Assembly (NCBI GenBank): GCA_963701965.1
Contig: OY969695.1
Span: 3,776,001-3,840,000, forward strand
DNA: 64,000 nt
Direction: 5' to 3'
Source of the DNA: an uncultured Gemmatimonadales bacterium
Lineage (GTDB): Bacteria; Gemmatimonadota; Gemmatimonadetes; Gemmatimonadales; Gemmatimonadaceae
The notes below the pieces were generated by a model. It did no database searches, had not been told where the DNA came from, and worked only from the letters and a program-made list of their open reading frames with translations. Below, piece after piece: positions 40,274 through 51,115 of this stretch (position 1 is the stretch's first letter; every line of letters starts with the position of its first letter). Position numbers and translations under genes: made by a program.

Positions 40274-41457
40274 CCGCCGTTCTGGTGACGGACGGGGAAC
40301 AGCGCGGCACGCTCGCCGTCGTCCGATCCCTGGGCGCCGCGGGGTACCGTGTGCACGTCGCCGCCCGGCGCCCGCGGTCCCTCGCCGGCGCCTCGCGCGC
40401 GGCCCGCGCGCGGCTCGTGACGCCGGACGCGCTCCTCGACCCGTCGGGGTTTGTCGAGAGCGTTGCGGCGTACGTCGCGGCGCATGATATCGCGGTGGTG
40501 ATCCCCATGACCGAGGCGGCGGCGCTGGCTGTGCTCGGGGCGCGCGACCGGCTCCGACCCGCGGTCGTCCCGATGGGGGATCTGCAGACGTTCCTGGCGG
40601 CGTCCGACAAGGCGGCCCTCGCGGTGCAGGCGGCGCAGACGGGGATCGCGTTCCCGGCGCAGCGCGAGGCACGGGACGCGGGCGAGGCGCTGCGGTTGGC
40701 GGGTGATCTGGCGTATCCGATCGTCGTGAAGCCCAGCCGGACGGTCGGCGAGGCCAACGGCCGCCGCACCAAGATGGGGGTGACGCATGCCGCGCATGCC
40801 GCCGAGCTCGAGGCGCGCATTCGCGCGCTCCCGGAAGCGGCCTACCCGGTACTCCTGCAGCAGCGCGTGGTGGGCCCCGGCATTGGCGTGTTTCTCTTGA
40901 TGTGGGATGGCGAGCGCGTCGCCACCTTCACCCATCGGCGCTTGCGCGAGAAGCCGCCGAGCGGTGGGGTCAGTGTCTACGCCGAGAGCACCGCGCCCGA
41001 TGCCGCGTTGGTCGATCGAGCGACGCGGCTCCTGCGGGCGCTCCGGTGGCAAGGCGTGGCCATGGTCGAGCTCAAGGTCGACGCGCGGACCGGCACGCCG
41101 TATCTGATGGAGATCAACGGGCGATTCTGGGGTTCGCTGCAACTGGCGATCGATGCCGGTGTGGACTTTCCCGCCCTGCTCGTCGGGCGCGCGCTCGGCG
41201 GCGGGGCGTGCGGACCCGAGCGCTGGCCCGCGGGTGTCCGCGGACGTTGGTGGTGGGGCGAGGTCGACCATCTGCTCGCCCGGCTCCGGCGTTCCGCCAC
41301 CGACCTGTCGTTGCCGCCCGACGCGCCGGGACGCGGACGGGCCATCGGCGATTTTCTCGCGGCTTGTGTTCGTCCGGCGCGTGACCAGGTTTTTCGATTC
41401 ACGGATCCCATGCCCTTTCTGTTCGAGAGCGCCCGATGGCTGACGCGATCGGCGTAA
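40270..41457 (+). CDS. ATP-grasp domain protein (start approximate)
   Basis: YPIVVKP, LLQQRV, AMVELK, LMEINGRFWGSL. Confidence 0.88.
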   Translation: MTAVLVTDGEQRGTLAVVRSLGAAGYRVHVAARRPRSLAGASRAARARLVTPDALLDPSGFVESVAAYVAAHDIAVVIPMTEAAALAVLGARDRLRPAVVPMGDLQTFLAASDKAALAVQAAQTGIAFPAQREARDAGEALRLAGDLAYPIVVKPSRTVGEANGRRTKMGVTHAAHAAELEARIRALPEAAYPVLLQQRVVGPGIGVFLLMWDGERVATFTHRRLREKPPSGGVSVYAESTAPDAALVDRATRLLRALRWQGVAMVELKVDARTGTPYLMEINGRFWGSLQLAIDAGVDFPALLVGRALGGGACGPERWPAGVRGRWWWGEVDHLLARLRRSATDLSLPPDAPGRGRAIGDFLAACVRPARDQVFRFTDPMPFLFESARWLTRSA

Positions 41458-42210
41458 TCCACGTGCACAGCGCCTACTCGCACGACGGGCGCGACGCGTT
41501 GCCGGCCCTGCGCGCGTTCGCGCTGGCGCGCGGCCTCAAGTTCGTGGGCCTGACCGACCACGCGGAAGATTTCGACGCAGCGCGGTATGCCGCGATGCGG
41601 GCGGAGTGCGCCGCCCTTTCCGACGCCCAAGTGACGTTGATTCCCGGCCTCGAGTTCCGGTTTGCCGGTCACACGGGCCTGCATCTCCTGGCGCTCGGAC
41701 TGACCCGCTGGATCGCGCCCACCACCCCGATCGAGTTCATCGCGCTGGCCAAGGGCGTCGCCGGACTGACCATCGCGGCCCATCCCGCCTTGTTCAAGTA
41801 TCGGGCGCCGGCCAATGTGTGGCGTGGGATCGATGCGGTGGAGATCTGGAACGCCAAATACAATACCCGCTATCTCCCCGACCCGCGGGCGATCCGCCTG
41901 TTGCACGAAGTGCGTCGGACGCGTCCGGAAGTGGTGGGCACCGTGGGACTGGACCAACACGATGCGGCCAACGACCGCCGGACCCGTGTCGTCGTCGACG
42001 ACGCGGCCCGCGATCCGTTGGCGGAAATCCGCGCCGGACGTTTTCGGAATCGCGGCATGGGCGTCACCTTTGGGCCGGCGCTCGACTGGCCACCAGGCGG
42101 TCTTCCGGTGCTCGAGGCCACGCGCTTCTTCTTCGATCGCGTCGAGCGGGCGCAAGAGCGCTGGGCCAAGCGCGCGGCTGTCAAGAAACGCGCGGCGACA
42201 CCATCAGATG
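41436..42210 (+). CDS. PHP-domain metallophosphoesterase-like protein (no stop in this frame until 44369)
   Basis: HVHSAYSHDG, LTDH, GLE, AAHP, AVEIWN, GLDQH. Confidence 0.75.
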
Positions 42211-43344
42211 CGCGCGACTGTCCTCGGGCTCGTCTTGGTCCTCGTCGGTGCGTTGGCGCTGGAGATCACCTGCCGGATCGACAATGCCATCCGGTTCGGC
42301 ACGCCGCTGCTCTCGCGCGTGGAAACCGAGAGCGATCTCTTGATGCGCAATGCGGCCGGCGAGCACGGTCGGCCCGACGCCCGCTATCAAAAGTGGGTGA
42401 TCAACAACATCGGCATGCGCGGTCCCCATGCCGATTCGGTCAAGGCCCCCGGCATGCTGCGCGTGGTCACGGCCGGAGCCTCGGAGACGTTCGGGTTGTA
42501 CGAATCGCCCGGCCGGGAGTTTCCGCGTCAACTCGAGGACTCGCTCCGGACCCGGTTGGCCGACGGGCACTGCCCCACGGCGGTCCGCGGGGTCGAGGTG
42601 CTCAACGCCGCGATCTTCGGCATGACGCTCCCCACGCTCGAACAGGACCTGCGCCTGCGCGTGCGGGCGTTGCATCCCAATGTCGTCGTCTTGTATCCCA
42701 CGCCGGTGCAGTATCTGAACGAGGATGTGCCGACACCCGCCGAGCCGGACTCCACGCCAATGCCACTGCCCGCGTCCGCCGAACTGTATCCGCGCGCGCT
42801 CGACCGGTTGCGCAAGCAAGCCAAGGAGCTGTTGCCGGGGTGGATTGCCACCAAGATCCGGGAGCGGGATATCGCGCGCGATCTGCGCGATCATCCGAGT
42901 GGCTGGCGCTTCACGGGCGTGCCATCGGACCGGCTGGCCGCCTACGATCGCGATCTCCGACGTGTCGTCGGGACGATCCGGAGCATCGGGGCGGCGCCGG
43001 TGCTGGCCACGCACACCAATGTCTTCGTGGGCGACAGGGCTCCCGACCCCGCCATGCTGGTGACCTGGGAGAACCAGTATCATCGGGCGACCGGCGACGC
43101 TCTGGTCGCCTTCAATGCGGCGGCCGCGCGCGAGACGGCGCTCGCCGCCCGCGATTCGGCCGTGCCCATCGTCGACATCCGCCGCCTGCGGGGCGCCCAC
43201 CTCTTCGCCGACTACGCGCATTTCACCGACGCGGGGGCGGCACGGGTCGCCGCGGCATTGACCCCGGCGGTCTTGGCTGCCGCCGGCTTGCCGGCGGACT
43301 GCGCCGCGCCCACGCTCGACGTGCGCGCCGCCTCGCAGCCATGA
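42208..43344 (+). CDS. SGNH/GDSL hydrolase-like membrane-anchored protein
   Basis: N-terminal TM, IN..GMRG, GASETFG, VLNAA, FADYAHFT. Confidence 0.8.
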   Translation: MRATVLGLVLVLVGALALEITCRIDNAIRFGTPLLSRVETESDLLMRNAAGEHGRPDARYQKWVINNIGMRGPHADSVKAPGMLRVVTAGASETFGLYESPGREFPRQLEDSLRTRLADGHCPTAVRGVEVLNAAIFGMTLPTLEQDLRLRVRALHPNVVVLYPTPVQYLNEDVPTPAEPDSTPMPLPASAELYPRALDRLRKQAKELLPGWIATKIRERDIARDLRDHPSGWRFTGVPSDRLAAYDRDLRRVVGTIRSIGAAPVLATHTNVFVGDRAPDPAMLVTWENQYHRATGDALVAFNAAAARETALAARDSAVPIVDIRRLRGAHLFADYAHFTDAGAARVAAALTPAVLAAAGLPADCAAPTLDVRAASQP

Positions 43345-44369
43345 CCGGGCGTCCGATCACCGTCGTCATCCCGACGTACAATCGCGCGGCCCTGCTGCGG
43401 CGGGCCGTCGTGTCGGCGCTGGCGCAGACGCTGGCGCCGCTCGAGATCCTCGTCATCGACGACGGATCGACGGACGAGACGGCCGCCGTCTGCGCCGAGT
43501 GGGGGCCGCCCGTGCGCGCCATCGCGACGCCGAATGGCGGTGTCGCCCGGGCCCGCAACATCGGCGTCGGCGAGGCGCGGGGCGAGTGGATCGCGTTTCT
43601 GGATTCGGACGACGAGTGGGAGCCACAAAAGCTGGCGGTGCAAAGCGCGGTGCTGGACGCGGTGCCCGATGCCCGTTGGAGTGTCACGGGCTGCGAATTG
43701 ATCGACGGCGATGGCCGCTCGCGTCCGGGACGCCAAGGATACGAGGCGGCTTTCCCCGTCTTCTCCGAACGCCAAGAGAGTGCCGACACCCATTTCGGGC
43801 GGCGGTTGCGGCGCGTGACGGTCGACGGCCACACGGTGTACGCCGGCGATCTCTACGAGACACTGTTTTTCGGGAATGTCGTCCTCCCGTCATCGGCACT
43901 CGTGCATCGGTCGGTGTTCGAGCGCGTGGGCGTGTTCGATCCCGCGTTCCGCTATGCCGAAGAGACCGAATTCTTTCACCGGGTCGCCGCGGCGGCGCCG
44001 GTGGCGATCGTCTTGTCCCGCCTCGTGCGCTACCGCGTCGCGCAGGCCGGGTCGTTGACGTCGTCGGGGAACGCGCAAAAACTGATCGTCAATGCCCTCA
44101 AGAGTCTCGACCAGGCGGCGCGTCTCCGTGATCCGCTGCCGACGACCGCCGTGCGGGCGCTCCGCGAAGGTCGAACGGGGCTGCTCATGCGTCTCGCCTA
44201 CACGCGTCTGTCGGAGCTCGACACCCGCGGCGCCCGCGACGCGGCGATGCAGGCCGTAGCCGCCGGGGGCTGGATGATGCCCCGGGCCTGGGGTATCGTC
44301 GCCTTGGGTCTTCTGCCACCGCCCGTGCTGCGCGGCATGCACGGCCTCAAGAAAATGGCGCGTCGATGA
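43341..44369 (+). CDS. Glycosyltransferase family 2
   Basis: VVIPTYNR, VIDDGSTD, ARNIG, AFLDSDD. Confidence 0.92.
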   Translation: MTGRPITVVIPTYNRAALLRRAVVSALAQTLAPLEILVIDDGSTDETAAVCAEWGPPVRAIATPNGGVARARNIGVGEARGEWIAFLDSDDEWEPQKLAVQSAVLDAVPDARWSVTGCELIDGDGRSRPGRQGYEAAFPVFSERQESADTHFGRRLRRVTVDGHTVYAGDLYETLFFGNVVLPSSALVHRSVFERVGVFDPAFRYAEETEFFHRVAAAAPVAIVLSRLVRYRVAQAGSLTSSGNAQKLIVNALKSLDQAARLRDPLPTTAVRALREGRTGLLMRLAYTRLSELDTRGARDAAMQAVAAGGWMMPRAWGIVALGLLPPPVLRGMHGLKKMARR

Positions 44370-45490
44370 CAAAACCGCTGGTCGTCGCCGAGATGCTCGA
44401 GTCCGACGGGCCGGGCGGCGCCGAGCTCGTGGAGCTCCGGCTCGCCCTGGCCCTGCGGGACCGGGGACACACCATCGTTCCGGTGGGGCCGGCCGCGGGC
44501 TGTGGGTGGCTGGCGGGCCAGTTCCGGGACGCCGGATTTGATCCCCAGACCTTCACGTTGCGCCGTCCGCTGGATTGGCGTTGCCTGAGCGGCATGGTCG
44601 ATCTCCTGCGCCGGCATCGCGTCGACATCGTGCATAGCCACGAGTTCACGATGGCCGTCTACGGCGCGGCGGCCGCGCGCTGGCTCGGCGTGCCGCACGT
44701 CATCACCATGCACGGCAGCCAGTACGTCACGGCGAGATGGCGCCGCCAGGTGCTGCTCCGCTGGGCATTTCGGTCGAGCGCCGCGACGATCGCGGTGTCC
44801 GATGATACCAAGCGGCATCTGGAGGATGAGCTGCGTCTGTCGCGCACGGCGTTGCGCGTCGTGCGGAACGGGGTGCCGCGCCGGGCCGGCGACCGCGCCA
44901 CTGTGCGGCGCGAGCTGGGCGTCCCCGATGATCACCTGCTGTTGCTGGCCCTTGGCAGCCTCGTGCCGCGCAAGGGACACGCGGTGCTGATCGAAGCGCT
45001 GTCGACGATCGGCGCCGGCCCGTGGATGCTCGCCATCGGCGGTGGCGGCGTGGAGCGCGATCGATTGGCGGCGCTGGCCGACGCGCGGGGACTGGGGCAA
45101 CACGTGCGGTTGTTGGGCCATCGTGAAGATGTGCCAGACCTGTTGGCCGCCGCGGACGTGTTCGTGATGCCCTCGCTGTGGGAGGGGTTGCCGCTCGCGC
45201 TGCTCGAGGCGATGCTCGCCGGCAAGCCCGTCGTGGCGTCGCGGACATCGGGGATTCCCGAGGCCGTCCACGACGGGGTCGATGGCCTGCTCACGCCGCC
45301 GGGCAATGTCGCCGCCCTGGCCCGGGCATTGGCGACGGTGCTGGGCGATCCGGAACGGCGGAAGGCGCTTGCCGCCGCCGCCTACAGTCGGGCATCGTCG
45401 GCGTTCACGCTCGACGCGATGGCCGACGGGTACGAAGCCGTGTTCCGCGACTCGCTCCGCGCCTTAGGCGGGGCCAACGGCCGGCCGTAG
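44366..45490 (+). CDS. Glycosyltransferase family 4
   Basis: GGAE, RKGH, PSLWEGLPLALLEAM. Confidence 0.92.
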   Translation: MTKPLVVAEMLESDGPGGAELVELRLALALRDRGHTIVPVGPAAGCGWLAGQFRDAGFDPQTFTLRRPLDWRCLSGMVDLLRRHRVDIVHSHEFTMAVYGAAAARWLGVPHVITMHGSQYVTARWRRQVLLRWAFRSSAATIAVSDDTKRHLEDELRLSRTALRVVRNGVPRRAGDRATVRRELGVPDDHLLLLALGSLVPRKGHAVLIEALSTIGAGPWMLAIGGGGVERDRLAALADARGLGQHVRLLGHREDVPDLLAAADVFVMPSLWEGLPLALLEAMLAGKPVVASRTSGIPEAVHDGVDGLLTPPGNVAALARALATVLGDPERRKALAAAAYSRASSAFTLDAMADGYEAVFRDSLRALGGANGRP

Positions 45491-47053
45491 GCGCTCACGC
45501 GCCTTGGCCGCCAGCGTGGTCGGCAGCTGGAGCAGGGCCCGCTTGTCGGTCTCGGTCAAAATCGGCAGGGACCAGAGTAGCGCCGCAAAGATGATGTACT
45601 CGCTGACGCGGGCGGCCAGCGCCAACACCATGGAATGCACCGTGATCAGTTCGCTCGCCACCACGGTGGCCACCGAGAGCGCAATGAGGATGCGCACCGG
45701 TTTCCAGTTGTATTTGACGGGCCACAGCCGCTGGGAAAACGTGTACGTCAACGCCCAGCGCACCGAGTAGGCGAGCGCGGTCGCGATGGCCGCACCCCAG
45801 CCGGCGAACCGCGGGATCAGCGCCAGGTAGGCGACGACCACGACGGCGGCCGCCGTCCAGTTGGCGATCGCAATGTACTTGGTCTGCTCGCTGATGGCGA
45901 TGCCGACGTCTTGCGCCCCGGTCCACGCCTGGAAGATGATCGCGATCAGCAGCACCGGCACGACGTCGGCCGCCCCGTAGAATGGAGGGGTGGCCATGAT
46001 CCGCAGCACGCCGTGGACGAACAACGACATGCCGACCGCCAAGACGAACAACGTGACGTTTTGGTAGACGAACACGCGCGCATAGATCGTATCCCGGTCC
46101 GGTCGCCGGGCCACTTCGTATTTCTTGGGCTCCCACACGAGATCGAACGGCGCTTGGGCCAGGGTCGCCAGCAGGAACGCGAACTGGTAGGCCATCGTGT
46201 AGCGGCCGACCGACGCGAGGTCGGACGCCAGGCGCAGGACCGGACGATCGCCGAACGTGAGCACGAACGTCGCGAACTGCGTCACGATCAGTGGTCCGCC
46301 ATACCGGTAGAGATCGCGGGCCACGACCCGGTCGTACCCAAATCCCACTTCCCGGAACACCATCGCCGACATGATGCTGCCAATGACGAGGTTCACGATC
46401 AACGTGCTCAGGAAGATGGACTTGGGGCCGTAATGAAAATGCACGAGAAAGATCGCGTTCATCGACACCTGCATGGCCAGGCGCACGATGTTGATCGCGA
46501 TCAAGGTCGGAAACCGGCCCTTGAGCCGGAGAAAGACGGGTGGCACGAAGTACGGCGCGACGACGGCCATGTTCACCGCCGCCAACCGGATCAACGGCGT
46601 ATACTTGACGTCCCCGATGACGAGGCGCGCGAACAAGGGCGCCAAGAAAAATGCCGCCACGGCGGCGACCGCATACCCGCCGTAGATCGTGAGCATGGCG
46701 GTGGAGACCACGCGCCGCCGTGTCGTCGCGTCGTCCGTCTTGTAGTAGAACCGGAACACGCCGGCGAGCAGCCGGGACCCGGCGACGATTTGCAGGACAT
46801 CGAGGCTGATCTCAATGAGCTCGATGACGCCATAGTCCGCGGCCGTGAGATACCGCGTGTACAGCGGCAGCATGAAGAACCCGACGCCTTTGCTGACCAG
46901 CGTGACGGCGGCGAACAGCATGGCGTAGCTGCCGAGCGACTGGAGGCGCAGCGGCGGCGCGCCCGGCGGGACTGGCGAGTCACCGGGAAGGAGCGGGTCG
47001 TCTGCGGCGTATGGGGAGACGGAACCGAGGCCGTCTTCCGACTCGTCTGTCAC
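45464..47053 (-). CDS. Wzx-type oligosaccharide flippase
   Basis: LPLYTRYLTAADYG, multiple TMs, GAAIAT. Confidence 0.88.
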   Translation of the reverse strand: MTDESEDGLGSVSPYAADDPLLPGDSPVPPGAPPLRLQSLGSYAMLFAAVTLVSKGVGFFMLPLYTRYLTAADYGVIELIEISLDVLQIVAGSRLLAGVFRFYYKTDDATTRRRVVSTAMLTIYGGYAVAAVAAFFLAPLFARLVIGDVKYTPLIRLAAVNMAVVAPYFVPPVFLRLKGRFPTLIAINIVRLAMQVSMNAIFLVHFHYGPKSIFLSTLIVNLVIGSIMSAMVFREVGFGYDRVVARDLYRYGGPLIVTQFATFVLTFGDRPVLRLASDLASVGRYTMAYQFAFLLATLAQAPFDLVWEPKKYEVARRPDRDTIYARVFVYQNVTLFVLAVGMSLFVHGVLRIMATPPFYGAADVVPVLLIAIIFQAWTGAQDVGIAISEQTKYIAIANWTAAAVVVVAYLALIPRFAGWGAAIATALAYSVRWALTYTFSQRLWPVKYNWKPVRILIALSVATVVASELITVHSMVLALAARVSEYIIFAALLWSLPILTETDKRALLQLPTTLAAKARERLRPAVGPA

Positions 47054-48045
47054 CGACGCGGAGGCTCGGGTGCGCGAGAGAGGAGCGGCACAAACGGCGA
47101 GACCGGCAATGCGGCCAGGTGCTTGAGCGCGTTGAGGCGCGAGCCAGGCATTGCGAAAGCCCGGAGATAGGCCGCGGTGGCCAGGCGCGCGTCGCCGCGC
47201 CAGAAATGATGATGGCCCAGCGAAAGCCAGGCCCGACCGAGCCGACGGCGGATCGCGTCGCGCTGGGCCGCCGAACGCACCTCGCGCGACACGCGGGTCA
47301 AAGCATCAATGTCGGGCCGCAGCTTTTCCTCGGGCGTACGATAGCTGTTCGAGGCGTGGCGCCTGACCTCGACCAGTGGCTCAGCAATGTACGCGGCCCG
47401 CGCCCGGGCATAGATCCGCAGCATGTAACAGTAGTCCTGACTCAACCGCATGTCTTCAGGAAACTCGATCCCTTGCGTGCATTCCGCGCGCATGAGCACG
47501 GTTTGGATCCAGGCGGGAAATTGGTGGGTCGCGACCAAACTCACCAGCGAGTCCCCTTCGATCACGCGCGCCTGTCCGTCCCGGCTCTCGCGCTGCGGGA
47601 GCCGTGCCAATTCGGGGATATGATCGAACTGTGTGCTCTTGTGGGGCCCATTCTCATCGAACCGGACAAAGTTCGTGAAGACGAACCCGATCTCCGGCTC
47701 GGCGCACAGCGTGGCGATCTCGGCCGCCAGCTTGCCGGGTCGCCAGCGGTCGTCGGCATCGAGAAAAGCAATGAACCGGCCGCGCGCCAGCCGCAATCCG
47801 TGGTTTCTGGCGGCCCCGACCCCGACCTTTTTCAAGTACTCGACGCGGAGGCGCGGATCGACGATCGAGGAGAGACGCTCCCGGGTATCGTCGGTCGACG
47901 CGTCGTCCACGACGATCAGCTCCAGATCCGCAATGTCTTGCGACAGGACGCTGGTGACGGCCTCCACGATGTATCGCCCGAAATTATGACTGGCGATGAT
48001 GACGCTGACCAGCATGCTGGCGCCCTCGTGCTCCGGCGGCTGCAT
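47050..48045 (-). CDS. Glycosyltransferase family 2
   Basis: VSVII, VVDDASTD, ARNHG, FLDADD. Confidence 0.92.
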   Translation of the reverse strand: MQPPEHEGASMLVSVIIASHNFGRYIVEAVTSVLSQDIADLELIVVDDASTDDTRERLSSIVDPRLRVEYLKKVGVGAARNHGLRLARGRFIAFLDADDRWRPGKLAAEIATLCAEPEIGFVFTNFVRFDENGPHKSTQFDHIPELARLPQRESRDGQARVIEGDSLVSLVATHQFPAWIQTVLMRAECTQGIEFPEDMRLSQDYCYMLRIYARARAAYIAEPLVEVRRHASNSYRTPEEKLRPDIDALTRVSREVRSAAQRDAIRRRLGRAWLSLGHHHFWRGDARLATAAYLRAFAMPGSRLNALKHLAALPVSPFVPLLSRAPEPPRR

Positions 48046-49562
48046 TAGGACGCCGCCGCCACGGATCCGTCACGCGGCTCGAGATGCCGCACCACGACCC
48101 CGCGAAACCGGACGGGAGCCCCGACCCGGTAATGCCGCGCCACATATCCGTTGATCACCGCGACGCTCGGCTGAAGCCCCGGCTCGAGCCGGACGGCCTC
48201 GACGAGCCACAGGTTGCCGGCGCCCGCGGCGCCCAGGCGGGTCGACAGGACCGTTGTATCACTGATCGCGTACTCGTTGGGCCCGTAATGCTCCAAGTCC
48301 GCGTCGGTCGGCAAGCCGACCACCGCGGCCCGGCCCGCGAGGTAGTACTCCAGCGGCAGCGCGCGGTCGGGATCGAAGACCACAATGCGATCGCCCGGGG
48401 CCGCGCGCTGCGCCAGATAGTCTGCCACCTGACGCCAATCCTCGGGATACTGGGGATACCGCTCGAAGCTCGCCAGCAGCCCCACGAGCAGCACGGCGAC
48501 CGCGGCCACCGACCCGGCGCGGGCCACGCCGGTTTTCGTCCGCGCCAGCCACAGGGAGACCAGCGTGACGGAAACCGGAATCAGCAGGATGAAGTGTCGG
48601 TGTCGGACCGGCACGATCTTGAGGTACACGAGGAGCAGCAACGATACCAACGGCACGAGCGTCGACAGGGCCAGCACCCATTCGTCCGTGTCCACCGGCG
48701 CACGAGACGCGACCAGGCGGACGACGGGGATCAGCACCAGGACCGCCCAGATGATCACGATCGCGTGCGGCAGGTAGAGCGCTTCCGTGTCCGTGAGAAA
48801 CGCCTTGATCGGAACACCCGCCGTGACGAAGACACGGCGGGGCACGGACGCCGCCACTTCGCTGGCCGGGATCTCGATCGGATGCGTCGCCCGCTGCGAG
48901 AGGATCGTCGGCGTCCAGGGGAGCAACCCCAGTCCGACGAACGCCATGGCGAGCGTGACCGCCCGTGGCCGCTGTCCTGTCGCCAGCGCCGCGATCCACT
49001 GCCCGAGCAGGAGAAAGCCGTTGTAATAGAAGACGAGCACCGAGAGGTAGGCGACGATCGCGTAGATCACCGCCGCGCGTCTCACCTTCTCCGGCGGGCT
49101 CCTGAGGAGCCGGAGAAAGCAATACAACGTGACGCTCGCCAGAAAGAGCGACAAGGCGTAGACCCGCGCTTCGGCCGCGGCCCAGATGAGGCCCGGCGTC
49201 ACGGCGGCCAGCGTGGCCGGCGCCAGCCATCCGCGGAAGCCGAGGAGCCGGCCAATGGCCACCAGGGTCCCCACGGTCCCGAGTGCGCAGGCCAGCGACA
49301 GCAGCCGGGCAAACTCGATGCCGGCGTGCAGTCTCAACCACCCGTTGAGGAGGACGAAGTACACGGGCGGCTGCAGCTCGAAATGCAAGGCTTGGTGAAT
49401 CGTGCCCGCCAGGGGACGCATCGCCGTGTTCAGCGAATACGCTTCGTCCGTCCACATGCTCTTGTGGGCGGAGTTCCAGAGGACAATGGCGGCCATCACC
49501 GCCATCAGGACCGCCGGCAACCAGGGCGCGCGCGCGGCGCGGGGCAAAGACATCGACCTCAT
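48045..49562 (-). CDS. GT-C fold glycosyltransferase (GT39/ArnT-like)
   Basis: SMWTDE, QPPVYF, EARVYAL, EDWR; multi-TM. Confidence 0.85.
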   Translation of the reverse strand: MRSMSLPRAARAPWLPAVLMAVMAAIVLWNSAHKSMWTDEAYSLNTAMRPLAGTIHQALHFELQPPVYFVLLNGWLRLHAGIEFARLLSLACALGTVGTLVAIGRLLGFRGWLAPATLAAVTPGLIWAAAEARVYALSLFLASVTLYCFLRLLRSPPEKVRRAAVIYAIVAYLSVLVFYYNGFLLLGQWIAALATGQRPRAVTLAMAFVGLGLLPWTPTILSQRATHPIEIPASEVAASVPRRVFVTAGVPIKAFLTDTEALYLPHAIVIIWAVLVLIPVVRLVASRAPVDTDEWVLALSTLVPLVSLLLLVYLKIVPVRHRHFILLIPVSVTLVSLWLARTKTGVARAGSVAAVAVLLVGLLASFERYPQYPEDWRQVADYLAQRAAPGDRIVVFDPDRALPLEYYLAGRAAVVGLPTDADLEHYGPNEYAISDTTVLSTRLGAAGAGNLWLVEAVRLEPGLQPSVAVINGYVARHYRVGAPVRFRGVVVRHLEPRDGSVAAAS

Positions 49563-51115
49563 TGGCGATACTGATACAGGTAACGCGGAAACTCGTGGTC
49601 ATACCGCTTGGGCAGCCCGCGTAGCGCCGCGAAGCGCGTGCCAAAGTCGCAGACGAGCGCGTACCGATCCTTGAGCAACGACACCGGCGCGGTCATCGAG
49701 TCCAGCGGAGTGCTCGTCAGCAGGTACGCCGTCCCCGCCGGATGGAGCGCGGGTTCGAGTAGCGCATAGGCGCGCGCGTGGTCCGCCGGTGTGTGCCCGG
49801 GACCCCGCGCCATGTCCTCGACCGCCACCCAATGCGCGCCCGGGAAGAACAGCGCCGGGCCGCCGAACTCCCCGATGTCGGGCGCGTACACGGGGCCGGA
49901 CAGCTGCCGGACAGTGTCGACGAGATCGGCGAACGCGGCGGGCGCGTGCCGGGAGAGGATCACGGTCTGCGGCGCGTAGGTCAACGGCGTGAACGCCACG
50001 GCGATTGCCAACGCCTGCATCGCGCGCGGCTTGAGCTCGGCCAACCCGAACGTGCCGAGGACGATGACGAACGCACCGAAGAGAATGAAGACGTTATCCG
50101 ACGATCCCCAATCGAGGGAGCCCATGACCGCACTGGCGACGCCGACGAAAAACTGCACGTGCCAGACCGTGAATGGCTCGCGCCCGCGCGCCGCCCGTAC
50201 GAAGGGCACGCCAGCGGCGACCAGCAGGGGAAGATAGTTGTTCGTGGCGAACCGGAAGACCCGGTCGAACGTCTCACCGTTGACGCGCGACCAGCCGCGC
50301 GGGACGTACCAGGTGAAGTAGTGGAAGTCCGCGCCGAATGGCCACTGGGTCGCCAGCAGGTAGGGCAACGGACCGAGCGCGACGGCCACGGCCCAGTACG
50401 GCCAATATCGCGACGGCCGCCGCCATCCTTCGAGCCACGTCAGGTAGGCGACGCCGCCGATCGCGAACAGCGCGCCGTGCTGCTTGAACCAGAACGAGAG
50501 CACGAGCAACACGACGCCGCCCAGGCGACCGGCGCGCGTGGTGGCGCGCTGGATGACGTAGGTGCCGGCCAGCGCCGCGGCCAAGAGCCAGGAGTCGGAG
50601 TGCGCGTTGTCGAGGTACGCGTCCATCACCCGATACGCCGTGGCATAGAGACCGACGCCGATCAGACCCCACCATGCCGAGCCGGTCCGGTCGCGCACCG
50701 CGAGATAGATGATCACGCCGGCGAGAGCCATGCCGGCGATCGCCGCGAGGCGGAGCGCCGGAAGGTCCAGCCCGAACGCCCATGTGAACGGCACGCTCAG
50801 GTAGTAGTAGAGCGGGTTGTAGGCCAGTGGGACGTAGGCGGGCGTGGGCACGGGATACACCGGCAGTCCATGGGCCGCCTGCGCGACGTGCTGGAGGATC
50901 ACCCCTTCCATCAGGTCGAGCTGCCCGGGAAACCCGACGTGGTCATACCACAGGTAGACCACGAACAGGATCATGAGGGCGGCCCACGCGCCCAGCGCGA
51001 CCCGCGCGCGGCGGGACGTATCGTCGCGACGCCGGGCATCGAGCCAGACGGCCCCGGCGACCACGGCCAGGAATGCAATGCGCAGGATGGTCAGGCGGCC
51101 AGTCACAGCGCGCAC
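49559..51115 (-). CDS. GT-C-like polytopic membrane protein
   Basis: LMEG, YNPLYY, FKQ motif; many TMs. Confidence 0.7.
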   Translation of the reverse strand: MRAVTGRLTILRIAFLAVVAGAVWLDARRRDDTSRRARVALGAWAALMILFVVYLWYDHVGFPGQLDLMEGVILQHVAQAAHGLPVYPVPTPAYVPLAYNPLYYYLSVPFTWAFGLDLPALRLAAIAGMALAGVIIYLAVRDRTGSAWWGLIGVGLYATAYRVMDAYLDNAHSDSWLLAAALAGTYVIQRATTRAGRLGGVVLLVLSFWFKQHGALFAIGGVAYLTWLEGWRRPSRYWPYWAVAVALGPLPYLLATQWPFGADFHYFTWYVPRGWSRVNGETFDRVFRFATNNYLPLLVAAGVPFVRAARGREPFTVWHVQFFVGVASAVMGSLDWGSSDNVFILFGAFVIVLGTFGLAELKPRAMQALAIAVAFTPLTYAPQTVILSRHAPAAFADLVDTVRQLSGPVYAPDIGEFGGPALFFPGAHWVAVEDMARGPGHTPADHARAYALLEPALHPAGTAYLLTSTPLDSMTAPVSLLKDRYALVCDFGTRFAALRGLPKRYDHEFPRYLYQYRQ

